Below, in pieces: positions 44,722-53,962 of a DNA stretch of 64,000 bases. The translations under genes were made by a program, and so were the position numbers. Origin of the DNA: Saprospiraceae bacterium. GTDB taxonomy: Bacteria > Bacteroidota > Bacteroidia > Chitinophagales > Saprospiraceae. Under the pieces are notes generated by a model that saw only the letters and a program-made list of their open reading frames with translations, did not search any database and was not told the DNA's origin. The number at the start of each line of letters is the position of its first letter. Positions within the stretch are counted from its first letter, which is position 1. Location of the stretch: NCBI GenBank assembly GCA_026989035.1, contig JALSKB010000052.1:4553-68552 (forward strand), given 5' to 3'.

Positions 44722-46659
44722 CTAATATTCTCCGACAAAGAAAGTCGTATCTGCACCGAAGCTTTCTTCCGCGGATTCTCGGGTTAACTCACCGCTTTCT
44801 CGCAAATAAATCAAAACGGTATCCAGTTGCAAAAAAGGCCTTTTCCACTTTATCCGGTTCATTTGAAAACTATCCACTTTCGCAAGGGAGAGATCTACGC
44901 CTTTCTGCAACTTCAGGTATGCGCGAAAATCTTTCGACCTGGCTCGTTCCCAAGAATTTGAGGGCAAGGCGGTGTAGAGTGTCAGCCGCTGACCTCCTGC
45001 TATAGCATCCAGTAAGAATTTCCCTTTGCTCATGGGGTAAGACATCAAAAAAGTCGTCCGTTTGAAGCGCATTTGGCGAAAGCCGGATTCCAACTGCACA
45101 ATCAGCAAAAGGGTTAATCCATATAAGAGGTATTTGCCTCTGCGGGTTTTCCAAGCCAAGGCGATGCAAGCCAAAGCTGCATACAGGGCTAAAAGCTGAA
45201 ACTTGCTGATGAAAAATCCCTCTACACTTTGTCCGGGTATATGTGCGATGAGCCTTAAACCTTCATTAAGGAGTATGACAAAGCGCTCCAAAATCCAACC
45301 AAGCCGGGTGGCCAGAGCAGGAGAAAAACAATCGCAGAGAAATAAGGTGAAACTCCCTAACAAGACAAAAGGAGCTGCAGGAATTGCTAACAAACTACTC
45401 AACCAAAAGCCATTGGAAAACCTGTGAAAATAATATAAACCCAAAGGCATGGTGCTGATTTGGGCCGCTATGGAAACGGAAGTCAACTTCCAGGCTTTTA
45501 GCAGCAAAACGGATTGAGGAAACCAACATGAAAATACGTCGCGCTGAAACAGAAGAATGCCCAAAATGGCGGAATAAGAAAGCTGAAACGACAAATCACT
45601 CAGCCAAAGCGGATTGTACCAAAGCAAACAAAATGCCGATGCCGCTAAAGAATTGAAGGTGTTGGGCTGCCGACTGACCCATTGGCCGGCTAGCAAAAAA
45701 GAAAAAAGAACAGCAGCTCGTAGAGCAGAAGGAGAAGCTCCCGTCAACAAAGCAAAACCCCATAAGCCCCATAGCCCGGCAATAAAGCGAAGGCCCTTCT
45801 TGTTTCGGATTTGAAGAGGTGCCTTTTGAAAAAGCCATAACATAAAAAAATAAATTAAACCCATGTGCAAGCCCGAAACAGCTAAAACGTGCATAGCTCC
45901 TGTGCGCGCGTATAAATCCTTTAGGCTCGCATCCATCTGCCGACGCTCTCCCAGCACCATGGCCCCAATAACAGCTAAGGCTTCTCTTTCTTTGACGTGT
46001 TTGTGCAAAACGTCTAACAACCGCTCTCTGAAGGCAAGGGTAACATGCCAAAACCGACGGACATGCCCTACTGTTAAAAAATCTCCCTTGCCAATAAAAG
46101 CCCGAAAATAAATCTGCCGCCCGGCCATATAAGCTCTATAGTCAAAAGTGTGCGGAACAAGCGGAGCGGGAATTTCCTGGAGTGCTGCAGGAACGAGAAG
46201 CAGGTCTCCCACTTGAAAAGTCGGCTCGTCTTGTGTAGAAAAATAAAGCAACAACTTACCACGGCATGGCCGCTTTCCGACTGCAACACAACGGCCGATA
46301 AACCTCAGAAACTTACCGCTACTGTTTGGCCCCAAAGGTTCGATCAACTCTACCAGCAGAGCCTCTTCATCGGAAAATTCCAGTTTGCCAATAAAATCGG
46401 AATGAGAATTGTCGGGATAGGTCGAGCGATGATACAAGCCAAGGCAAACAAAAAAGAGCAGCGTGACAAAGCCATAACGCCAACGATGTGTATAGCTTTG
46501 CCGGCCGGTTAAAAGCAAAGCGAAAATCAAAAAGGCCAATGCCAAGCCAAACCATAAACTGTGTGGTTGGGGTTCTGACCAAAGCGAAGCGAGAAATATT
46601 CCGAGCACAAAACCCGACAGGGGTCTGACAAAAGGAATGGCTCTCCAATTCACCGACAT
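44722..46659 (-). CDS. comEC: ComEC/Rec2 family DNA internalisation channel protein
   Basis: 645-aa polytopic protein. The central 'competence' domain motif is present (TGAMHVLAVSGLHMGLI...LLTGASPSALRAAV). Confidence 0.85.
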   Translation of the reverse strand: MSVNWRAIPFVRPLSGFVLGIFLASLWSEPQPHSLWFGLALAFLIFALLLTGRQSYTHRWRYGFVTLLFFVCLGLYHRSTYPDNSHSDFIGKLEFSDEEALLVELIEPLGPNSSGKFLRFIGRCVAVGKRPCRGKLLLYFSTQDEPTFQVGDLLLVPAALQEIPAPLVPHTFDYRAYMAGRQIYFRAFIGKGDFLTVGHVRRFWHVTLAFRERLLDVLHKHVKEREALAVIGAMVLGERRQMDASLKDLYARTGAMHVLAVSGLHMGLIYFFMLWLFQKAPLQIRNKKGLRFIAGLWGLWGFALLTGASPSALRAAVLFSFLLAGQWVSRQPNTFNSLAASAFCLLWYNPLWLSDLSFQLSYSAILGILLFQRDVFSCWFPQSVLLLKAWKLTSVSIAAQISTMPLGLYYFHRFSNGFWLSSLLAIPAAPFVLLGSFTLFLCDCFSPALATRLGWILERFVILLNEGLRLIAHIPGQSVEGFFISKFQLLALYAALACIALAWKTRRGKYLLYGLTLLLIVQLESGFRQMRFKRTTFLMSYPMSKGKFLLDAIAGGQRLTLYTALPSNSWERARSKDFRAYLKLQKGVDLSLAKVDSFQMNRIKWKRPFLQLDTVLIYLRESGELTRESAEESFGADTTFFVGEY

Positions 46660-46662
46660 GGC

Positions 46663-47616
46663 TCAGGGTGTTTCAAACGAAAGATAGGGCTTGAGCTTTT
46701 CCAGTTCAGCTTCGGAGAAAACACCCGTGTTGGACAAATCCTCTATCTTTGAAAAAGGCCCGTATCGCTTTCGGTAAGCGAGCAAAACTTCCGCCTGCTT
46801 TTTCGACACATACGGATGTCGGCTCAATATTTCTGCGGAAGCTTGATTAAGCAGCAAGGGGTGAACAGGACTTTTTTTCTGCAAAAAAGGTTTGATTTTT
46901 TGAAAAACGGAATCGGGTAAGCCGTAGGTCTCTGCAATCTGATCCACTTCCTTAAAACCTCCTAAAGCCTCCCTGAATCGAAGAATTCGACCGGCATAGT
47001 AAGGCCCTATCCCCGGCAAAGCGTCCCAGTCGGCTTGTGAAGCCAAGTTGATGTCTATAGTTTTTATATCCGGCTTGTCAAGGGTTTCAACAGGCGCAGC
47101 ATCCCGCGTTTTTTGATTTGCCACCAAAACAGAAGCTCCTCCTTTTTGTTCTTCGACAAATCGAATATAAGGACGTAAGCGTTGATAAAATTCGGGCTTC
47201 ATCCCATAGACCTTCAGCAAATCCTCCGCGCGGCTGAAATGCGCTCCACTATGGCGAAAGCGAATCAATGTGCGCGCTAAACTGCCGGAAAAACCCAGTT
47301 GAAGGAGTTCTTCCCGGCTTGCCTTATTGGGGTCAAAGGGGAAGAGCTTAACAGCAGAAGGGCTCTGGTCTTCTTTATCGATCTGCTGCTCTTTTCTTTC
47401 ACTAGCGATTTGTTGGCCTTTCGGCAAATGCCGTTTTGCTTCCCACAGCGCTAAAGCCCGGTCCAGCTTGCTGAAGTCCGTGCGAGGAGCCGGTGTGAAA
47501 ACGTCCAGTCGCGGTAATAAAAAAGACAAAATAAGGAGCAAACTCAGTATCCAAGTGCCATAACGCTCTGAACGGGTGAAATAAAAAAAGTCTTTCCACT
47601 TGTTCCGCTTTTTCAT
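46663..47616 (-). CDS. Helix-hairpin-helix repeat protein (ComEA-like DNA-binding)
   Basis: N-terminal TM helix and several HhH units (NKASREELLQL; INLASQADWDALPGIGPYYAGRI; LNQASAEILSRHPYVSKKQAEVLL). The stop is 4 nt from the comEC start. Confidence 0.7.
   Translation of the reverse strand: MKKRNKWKDFFYFTRSERYGTWILSLLLILSFLLPRLDVFTPAPRTDFSKLDRALALWEAKRHLPKGQQIASERKEQQIDKEDQSPSAVKLFPFDPNKASREELLQLGFSGSLARTLIRFRHSGAHFSRAEDLLKVYGMKPEFYQRLRPYIRFVEEQKGGASVLVANQKTRDAAPVETLDKPDIKTIDINLASQADWDALPGIGPYYAGRILRFREALGGFKEVDQIAETYGLPDSVFQKIKPFLQKKSPVHPLLLNQASAEILSRHPYVSKKQAEVLLAYRKRYGPFSKIEDLSNTGVFSEAELEKLKPYLSFETP
47416..47428 (+). repeat. GCCTTTCGGCAAA word copy
   Basis: Exact 13-mer. In the minus-strand ComEA-like gene it reads L-P-K-G. 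Confidence 0.9.
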
Positions 47617-47741
47617 GATTTACGGCTTAGCTGGAAAGACAGAGCGCATGTACTTGCTAAATGCAAAGGTACGAAAAAAACTATGTCTTTGCCAAAAGGA
47701 GAGCCAGTTTCTATCACCGGAGCTATTCAAGCTGAAAAAAA

Positions 47742-47779
47742 TAACTAAACCCATAGTTGATTAACTAAAAATTTAGTTA
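47742..47779 (+). promoter_or_regulatory. Tandem dyad operators TAACTA-N6-TAGTTA (candidate BlaI-family repressor sites)
   Basis: TAACTAaacccaTAGTTg (47742-47759) and TAACTAaaaattTAGTTA (47762-47779) have starts 20 bp apart. The second overlaps the -7 box. Confidence 0.5.
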
Positions 47780-47785
47780 TCTTTG
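47778..47785 (+). promoter_or_regulatory. Bacteroidota-type -7 promoter box of the blaI/blaR1-like operon
   Basis: TATCTTTG lies 40 nt upstream of ATG 47825. Confidence 0.45.
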
Positions 47786-47824
47786 TGGCGTGAATTCTCT
47801 GTACTACAACAAACAGCCAAGCCA

Positions 47825-48199
47825 ATGAAAAAGAAGCGACTCACGAAAGCCGAAGAGGAAATCATGCAAATCATTTGGGATAAAGAGCCTTGTGTAACGG
47901 GGGATGTGATCAGGGGGTTAGAGCAGCGCCTGGGAAAAAAGCCTGCGCACAGCACCGTTTCAACCATGCTGCGCATCTTAGTGGAAAAAGGTTTTTTGCA
48001 GTTCAAGGCGCTAAGCAGGCACACCAGGATTTATACCACCTGCCTGCAGCGGGAAGACTACCTGAAGCAAAAAGTTCAACGTCTCACCGAGGATTACTTT
48101 GACAATTCCATTGGTCGGTTGGTGTCTTTTCTCGTGAAAGAAAAATTTCCCGACAACGAAAAGCTAGCGCGCTTAGCGGCTATGTTGGAGGAAGAGTAA
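47825..48199 (+). CDS. BlaI/MecI/CopY family transcriptional repressor
   Basis: Winged-helix start LTKAEEEIMQIIW. About 124 aa. Followed by an M56 BlaR1-like gene. Confidence 0.85.
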   Translation: MKKKRLTKAEEEIMQIIWDKEPCVTGDVIRGLEQRLGKKPAHSTVSTMLRILVEKGFLQFKALSRHTRIYTTCLQREDYLKQKVQRLTEDYFDNSIGRLVSFLVKEKFPDNEKLARLAAMLEEE

Positions 48200-48224
48200 A
48201 ACCCTGTCACCAGAACCATTAGCC

Positions 48225-49460
48225 ATGAGACTTTTTTATTGCCTATTGCAAACAGTTTTCTTTTGGAGCTTAGCCTTGGGGTTGTACCATGTATTTTTGA
48301 AAAAAGAGACCTTTTGGCAAATGTCCAGGTGGTATTTGCTGGGGGCATTGAGTTGGGGTTTGCTGGTACCTCTTGCCCCGGATTTTGTTTTCACACAAGG
48401 CCCTTCAACGTTTTTTTCAGAGACCCTCAGGTTATCGCCTACTTTTGTCCGTTCAGGGAGCGTGCCTTGGTTCTCTTCCCAAGTGCCACTGTCTTGGCGA
48501 TTCTTTGTACTCGGAGGATATTTTGCCGGCGTTGGTTTGTACACTTATCGGATTTTTAAAGGCTTGTACAAGATCAAACAACTGGTTGGAGCAGGAAGGA
48601 CAAGCCCTTACGGAAACCTTACGGTAGTGCGAAGTGAACAGATCACCCAAGCCTTTTCCTTCTTCCGGTGGGTTTTCCTTCCTCAGGGGCATGCTCTGTC
48701 TTCCGTCGAAGAAAAATGGGTTTTGAAACACGAAGTAGAACATCTTCGAAGAAGGCACAGTATAGATCTCTTATTTGTAGAAGTCCTGGGCATCTTGCTT
48801 TGGTTTTTTCGTCCTATTCTGCTGCTTTACAAAAGAGAGCTGGTCAAGTTGCACGAATACCAGGCCGATGCTGCAGCTTTGCGCGTGGCCAACAAAAAAG
48901 CCTATTGCCGCATGCTTTTGGATCAAGCCCATAGCAATCGGCCATGTAGGCTTTCCCATACCTTTTTTTCTAACCTTGAAAATCGTTTTGTCATGATGTT
49001 GAAGCCCAAATCGAACAAAGTCTCTTTGTTCAAGTACATTTTGATCACCCCTCTTGCCATTTACCTGAGTTTGTTGGTGTCAGCTTTTCCTGCTGCGGCT
49101 CAAACAGAAGCAATTTTTAAGACTCCGGAAGAAATGCCTCTCTTTTCCGGATGTGAAGATGTTGGGGATAGAGAGGAAAGGATTCAGTGCTCTAATGAGA
49201 AATTGATAGCATTTATATCTAAGGAGATTAAGTATCCGAAAAAAGCTCGAAAAAAGGGCATACAGGGTATGGTTGTCGTCAGCTTTATCATTGAAAAAGA
49301 TGGCACCATTACCCATGTGAAGGTCGTTCGCGATATAGGAGGTGGATGTGGAGCAGAGGCCAAACGCGTGGTAAAGATGATGCCCCCCTGGATACCCGGC
49401 ACCCAAGACGGCCAGCCTATAAGGGTGCAGTATAACTTACCTGTTAAGTTTAAGCTATGA
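48225..49460 (+). CDS. M56 (BlaR1-like) peptidase-domain membrane sensor fused to a TonB C-terminal domain
   Basis: HEVEHLRRRH zinc motif (HExxH), multiple TM helices, and a C-terminal TonB-like domain (GIQGMVVVSFIIEKDGTITHVKVV...). Confidence 0.8.
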   Translation: MRLFYCLLQTVFFWSLALGLYHVFLKKETFWQMSRWYLLGALSWGLLVPLAPDFVFTQGPSTFFSETLRLSPTFVRSGSVPWFSSQVPLSWRFFVLGGYFAGVGLYTYRIFKGLYKIKQLVGAGRTSPYGNLTVVRSEQITQAFSFFRWVFLPQGHALSSVEEKWVLKHEVEHLRRRHSIDLLFVEVLGILLWFFRPILLLYKRELVKLHEYQADAAALRVANKKAYCRMLLDQAHSNRPCRLSHTFFSNLENRFVMMLKPKSNKVSLFKYILITPLAIYLSLLVSAFPAAAQTEAIFKTPEEMPLFSGCEDVGDREERIQCSNEKLIAFISKEIKYPKKARKKGIQGMVVVSFIIEKDGTITHVKVVRDIGGGCGAEAKRVVKMMPPWIPGTQDGQPIRVQYNLPVKFKL

Positions 49461-49469
49461 TTTCAAAGT

Positions 49470-49572
49470 TATACTCGGAGCGAAGTGGTTTGGGAGGCGT
49501 CAGCTTCCCAAACTTCCTATCTTCCTTCCTTGGCGAGTTGTAAATATCCCAAACCGTTTCGGTTTGAGTATA
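49470..49572 (+). repeat. REP/MITE-like element, full length
   Basis: TATACTCGGAGCGAAGTGGTTTGGGAGGCGTCAGCTTCCCAAACTTCC...GTAAATATCCCAAACCGTTTCGGTTTGAGTATA lies between convergent genes. Confidence 0.9.
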
Positions 49573-49616
49573 GCAGGTAAAGCCCGAATGGTTTTTTACT
49601 CATTCGGACTTTCTTC

Positions 49617-50090
49617 TCAGCGATATTTTTTTATCCGATCCAATTCTCGTTTTTGGTCTTTGGCTCGTAAGGCTTCCCGCTTGTCGTAAACTTTTTTGCC
49701 TTGAGCCAAAGCAATTTCCAGCTTGGCCAGGCCACGCTCATTGACATACATGCGATAGGGGACGATGGTGAAGCCGCGTTCTTTAACCCGGCGCAGCAAT
49801 TTTTTTAACTCTCCCTTTTTAAGCAACAATTTACGCGTGCGACGGGGTTCGTGATTGAAATGTGTAGCGTGTTCGTATTCTTTGATATAGAGATTTTTGA
49901 CATACAATTCACCATCTTTAAAAAAGCAATAGGCATCCTTGAGGCTCACTTGGGATTGGCGTACGGATTTGATTTCCGTGCCAGTCAAGGCTATCCCTGC
50001 TTCAAAAAGCTCAATGAAGTGATATTCAAAACTCGCTCGCCGATTGACGATTTCTATGTCGTATTCCTTCTTTTTCTTTTTAGCTGCCAT
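49617..50090 (-). CDS. smpB: SsrA-binding protein SmpB
   Basis: 157 aa. Contains NRRASFEYHFIELFEAGIALTGTEIKS and a basic C-terminal tail. Confidence 0.95.
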   Translation of the reverse strand: MAAKKKKKEYDIEIVNRRASFEYHFIELFEAGIALTGTEIKSVRQSQVSLKDAYCFFKDGELYVKNLYIKEYEHATHFNHEPRRTRKLLLKKGELKKLLRRVKERGFTIVPYRMYVNERGLAKLEIALAQGKKVYDKREALRAKDQKRELDRIKKYR

Positions 50091-50207
50091 CGCCTGATGT
50101 TTTCTGTATCAGAAATTTAAAGCAAAATAGTTTTTGGTTGTTTATTCGAGCAGCGGGATGTTTGGCAGGTAAGTTACTTCAAGCTCTATTTAACTTGATG
50201 GTGGATT

Positions 50208-50312
50208 TATACCTGGATAGAAGTGTTTTGGGAGGCGTCAGCCAACCCAAACTACCTATCTTTTGCTCGTTTGCGAGTCGTAAATATCCCCAACCATTTC
50301 GGTTTGGGCATA
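50208..50312 (+). repeat. REP/MITE-like element, diverged left arm
   Basis: ...GTGTTTTGGGAGGCGTCAGCCAACCCAAACTACCTATCTTTTGCTCGTTTGCGAGTCGTAAATATCCCCAACCATTTCGGTTTGGGCATA. Confidence 0.8.
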
Positions 50313-50397
50313 CCATGGAGAATACACAATCCAGGGGCAAAGGTAAGCTTTTATTTTAGCAAAAGAAGATCATTTTTTACCCGAAGCAAAGTGGGTT

Positions 50398-50423
50398 GGG
50401 AAAAAAAGCACACCGCCGGTGTG
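50398..50423 (-). terminator. Rho-independent terminator candidate for the CDF transporter gene
   Basis: The minus strand reads CACACCGGCGGTGTG (hairpin) followed by CTTTTTTTCCC, about 90 nt after the stop at 50516. Confidence 0.5.
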
Positions 50424-50515
50424 GTTTCAGCCAGGGAGAAAAAACGTAGGCGCAACCTGAGCTGCGGCGAGGTTTTGTAACACAGGTGGAGGCCGCAGCG
50501 GCAAGTGAGCAATTC

Positions 50516-51427
50516 CTAAACCAATTCGTGATGGGTATATTCTTCATCGAGCTCGAAAGTGGCATGTTGAATGTTTTCTTTTGCCAATCGCTCTTTGAGT
50601 TCTTTTTTTATTGTCCAAAAGTCCTTTAGTTCTATTCCTTTTTGCAAAACGAGATGTACGGTTAAAGCATTTTGCGTGCTGCTTAAAGCCCAGATGTGTA
50701 GGTGGCGAATTTTTTTCACGGAGGGATGCTCCGTCAAAACCTTTTTCACTTTTTCCACATCAATATTTTGCGGGACGCCATCTAAAATCAGTTTTAAGCT
50801 TTCCTTTAAAAGCCCCCAGCTTGAGAACAAAACCACTGCACCTATGACAAAACTGATTAGGGCATCCATGATATTCCAAGCCGTGTAGTACATCACTGCA
50901 CCGGAAATCACAACGCCGACCGATACCAAAGCATCGGCCAGCAAATGCAAAAAGGCTCCTTTGATGTTGATGTCTTTTCTCTGATCTTTATAAAACAAAA
51001 AAGCTGAAATCGTGTTAATCAAAACGCCTATAGCTGCTGTAAGCATGATGATTTTTCCCGGCAGGGCAGGTGGAGCATGTAAGCGCTGAAAACCCTCTAC
51101 ATAGATATTGATTACGATAAAAACGAGTAAAATGGCATTGACCAAAGAGGCCAAAATAGAGGCTTTTTTGTATCCATACGTGTACAGCCCGGTAGCAGCC
51201 TTTTGTGCCAGCCTCATGCCGAACAAAGAAATGAGGAGGCTGGCCACATCGCTGAGATTGTGGCTGGCATCAGCTATCAATGCCAGAGAATCGGTGCGAT
51301 AACCGATGATAAACTCTACCAAAGTATAGAAAGCATTCAGGCCAATACCCAGGTAAAAGGCTCGTTTTACCTGGTTGAAATCGCCTGGGGGGGGCGCGTG
51401 TTTATGCGTGTGCTGCTTTTTGCTCAT
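50516..51427 (-). CDS. Cation diffusion facilitator (CzcD/ZitB-like) metal efflux transporter
   Basis: His-rich N-terminus (HTHKH), six TM helices with ADASHNLSD and HLLADAL motifs, and a C-terminal cytoplasmic domain. ATG 51427 is preferred over TTG 51439. Confidence 0.85.
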   Translation of the reverse strand: MSKKQHTHKHAPPPGDFNQVKRAFYLGIGLNAFYTLVEFIIGYRTDSLALIADASHNLSDVASLLISLFGMRLAQKAATGLYTYGYKKASILASLVNAILLVFIVINIYVEGFQRLHAPPALPGKIIMLTAAIGVLINTISAFLFYKDQRKDINIKGAFLHLLADALVSVGVVISGAVMYYTAWNIMDALISFVIGAVVLFSSWGLLKESLKLILDGVPQNIDVEKVKKVLTEHPSVKKIRHLHIWALSSTQNALTVHLVLQKGIELKDFWTIKKELKERLAKENIQHATFELDEEYTHHELV

Positions 51428-51694
51428 GAGCAGTAGCAAACTTTTACAGATACTTTTTCCAGATCAAAAGCAAATATACTCAAAAAGCTATTCTGGTTTG
51501 AGGTGGTCGAAATCCGAAAAAGTTCCAGGCATCCGAACGGGAAATACGGTTTTTCGTTGAAGAAAAACGTTCGCTGGTTGAAAAAAAGCGAAGCATGCGG
51601 GAAAAGGGCATTATCTATGCACGCAAATACCTAATCAACCCTGTCCCCCCATGGCTGTGTGCTTTGGCACACAGCCCCTTTTGAAACACAAAAG

Positions 51695-52564
51695 ATGAAT
51701 CGAACTATTGAAAACCTGGTCTTTGAAAGTGGCGGAGTAAAAGGCGTGGCTTATGTAGGAGCCATCCGAGCTTTACAAGAAAGAGGTGTTCTTCAGCAGG
51801 TACAAAGAGTGGCCGGCACTTCAGCCGGAGCCATTATGGCTTGTCTGTTGGCCTTGAGATTTAAGCCTGATGAGATTCACGAAGCCGTTTTTAACATGGA
51901 CTTCAAGTCCTTTGAAGATGACAAAAGCTACCGAAAAGTGAGGTCGGAATACGGTTTATATGCCGGGGATGCCTTTTTGGAATGGATGAGTGATTTGCTG
52001 TTGCGCAAGGGGTTTAATCCTCAAATGACCTTTGCTCAATTGCACAAAGCCGGCTACCCCGACCTCAAAGTCTATGCTGTAGATCTCTACACGCAACAAT
52101 TACAAGCCTTTTCTTTTTTGCAAACTCCCGATACCATAGTCTTAGAGGCCGTAAGGGCCTCTATGTCCATTCCTCTTTATTTTCGAGCTTGGCAATTTAG
52201 CAACGGCATTCCCAGCACCAACCTCTATGTAGATGGTGGGGTCTTGCTTGCCTATCCCTTCTATGCTTTTGAGAAAGAAGGGGGCACCCTTACAAATACT
52301 TTGGGATTCAGGCTTGACAACCTCAACAAGACTACCGAACCCCATGTGTTTGGCTACGACAATTTTCCGGAATACGCCAAAGCGCTCTTTTCTGCTCTGC
52401 TCAAGGCTCAGGATGCTGCCTTCTTGGAAGACAAACAAGCCCAAAGCTCTACAGTACGCATCAATGACCTCGGGATATCCGGGACAAACTTTGACCTATC
52501 CGTTGAAGAGAAAAATGCTTTAATAAATGAAGGCTACAAGGCTACCTGTACATTCTTGGAATAA
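51695..52564 (+). CDS. Patatin-like phospholipase
   Basis: FESGGVKGVAYVG (oxyanion GGxK/R), the GTSAG nucleophile elbow, and a DGG Asp motif (LYVDGGVL). Confidence 0.85.
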   Translation: MNRTIENLVFESGGVKGVAYVGAIRALQERGVLQQVQRVAGTSAGAIMACLLALRFKPDEIHEAVFNMDFKSFEDDKSYRKVRSEYGLYAGDAFLEWMSDLLLRKGFNPQMTFAQLHKAGYPDLKVYAVDLYTQQLQAFSFLQTPDTIVLEAVRASMSIPLYFRAWQFSNGIPSTNLYVDGGVLLAYPFYAFEKEGGTLTNTLGFRLDNLNKTTEPHVFGYDNFPEYAKALFSALLKAQDAAFLEDKQAQSSTVRINDLGISGTNFDLSVEEKNALINEGYKATCTFLE

Positions 52565-52593
52565 AAGGGAGAATTGCCGGGACAAGAAAACTG

Positions 52594-53604
52594 CTAAGAA
52601 AACAGGGTGAAGGAAAGCAAAGCAAAAAAAGTAAAGGCAAAGGCAAAGACAAACAATCCGAAAAAGTTAAACATCGTCCACTTGAATAAGGTCTTACCCC
52701 ATGATTGACCGTAATAAGTTTTCATGGCAAAGAGCAAAAACAGAAATTGAAAGACAACTAAAACCCAATAAAGTCCTTGGGTGTCTAAAATAGATTCGAG
52801 GAAAAGCGCTACAGCTGAACTGAAGAGGACAAAAGCGGTGTAGTGCAGCAAAAAAACCAGATGCTCCATGTAATATCGATGGCTCTTCCTGTATTGAATC
52901 TTTAGGATAAAAGCTAAAATAGGCATGGAAAAAATGATCAACCACATCATGTGATTCATCAGGTATGTGTTGAATTTTTGAGGTGATTTAATCAATTTTG
53001 CCATTTGAATAAAAAATAAGCGCTCCCAAAAACTCTGTATTCCATATCGGTCGGCCAGTTCAATGGGCGAGAATGACACCAAATCTCTCTGACTGACTTT
53101 TACGTACACATCTATGCTATCTTTTCGAGAGTCCGGTATTTCCGACTTTAAAACATCAATTGTTTTTTGCAGTGCTAAATTATCTCCATTTTGCTTTGTT
53201 TGTATAAGTTTACTCAAGCTGTCCAAGGTGTTCCACATTAAGACATTTTTCTCTGTGTCTTTAATTAATGCCGGCACATTGGATTTTAGCACATTTTGAT
53301 CTCTCGACGACATTAAGTTGACTACAGCCAGAAATAAAAGAGCGGAAACAAAAAAGATTCTAAAGGGCGGGTAGTACCTTTGGCGGACACCCCGGAAATA
53401 ATTTTGGGTGAGTTTGGCAGGAACAAAAAGGGCTTGAACTGTGGCAAAAATTTTAGAATCCAGGTTGAAAACAGAATCCAGGCTCTGAGCGATAAATTCT
53501 CGCAAAGAGGGAATGAGCTTTTGCTCTTTTTTTTGGCCACAGTTTGGGCAATACTTGTGTTTTTCTTTCAGTTCATGTTGACAGTTAGGGCAGATGCGTT
53601 CCAT
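52594..53604 (-). CDS. DUF3667-like membrane protein with an N-terminal zinc ribbon
   Basis: CPNCQ-x11-CPNCG at the N-terminus, then several TM helices. The family assignment is from memory. Confidence 0.6.
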   Translation of the reverse strand: MERICPNCQHELKEKHKYCPNCGQKKEQKLIPSLREFIAQSLDSVFNLDSKIFATVQALFVPAKLTQNYFRGVRQRYYPPFRIFFVSALLFLAVVNLMSSRDQNVLKSNVPALIKDTEKNVLMWNTLDSLSKLIQTKQNGDNLALQKTIDVLKSEIPDSRKDSIDVYVKVSQRDLVSFSPIELADRYGIQSFWERLFFIQMAKLIKSPQKFNTYLMNHMMWLIIFSMPILAFILKIQYRKSHRYYMEHLVFLLHYTAFVLFSSAVALFLESILDTQGLYWVLVVFQFLFLLFAMKTYYGQSWGKTLFKWTMFNFFGLFVFAFAFTFFALLSFTLFS

Positions 53605-53615
53605 GTCTGACCTTT

Positions 53616-53960
53616 TTATTCTTTTCTTGCCCTAAAATACTCCACAACCAATTCTTTGAGCAATTCCTCTTGCGCCTTGCCCTTCACTTCAATGGGCTTG
53701 ACCGCTTCCCAGTGAGGCCAGCCCTCTTCGTCATAACCACTGAACCTGTAATAATCGCGCATGCTCAACAGGCGGCACACGGCAAGATGCATCAAATCTT
53801 GTTTTTCCTCTTTAGAAAAAGTCGTTTGCAAGCCTCCCAGTTCTTGTAAACCGATGAGAAAGAGCACGGCATTTAAATCGGGTAAGTGTTCTTTGCCAAA
53901 GCGCTCTTTGATCATGGCTTGCACTTCAAACCAGGCGAGAGATAAATCGCTGTTTTCCAT
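53616..53960 (-). CDS. Small conserved hypothetical protein (114 aa)
   Basis: The ORF sits tightly between neighbouring same-strand genes (3 nt and 12 nt gaps). No recognisable domain. Confidence 0.5.
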   Translation of the reverse strand: MENSDLSLAWFEVQAMIKERFGKEHLPDLNAVLFLIGLQELGGLQTTFSKEEKQDLMHLAVCRLLSMRDYYRFSGYDEEGWPHWEAVKPIEVKGKAQEELLKELVVEYFRARKE

Positions 53961-53962
53961 TT

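Noticed and set aside
50461-50499. GCTGCGGC ... GCCGCAGC inverted repeat just after the CDF transporter stop.
   Set aside because: The 23-nt loop and absent U-tract make it a poor terminator. The hairpin plus T-run at 50398-50423 is a better candidate.
51695-52564. Patatin-like phospholipase as a possible CBASS-type defence effector.
   Set aside because: There is no adjacent nucleotidyltransferase/cyclase, sensor or other partner gene. The neighbour is convergent. It is most simply a stand-alone lipase.
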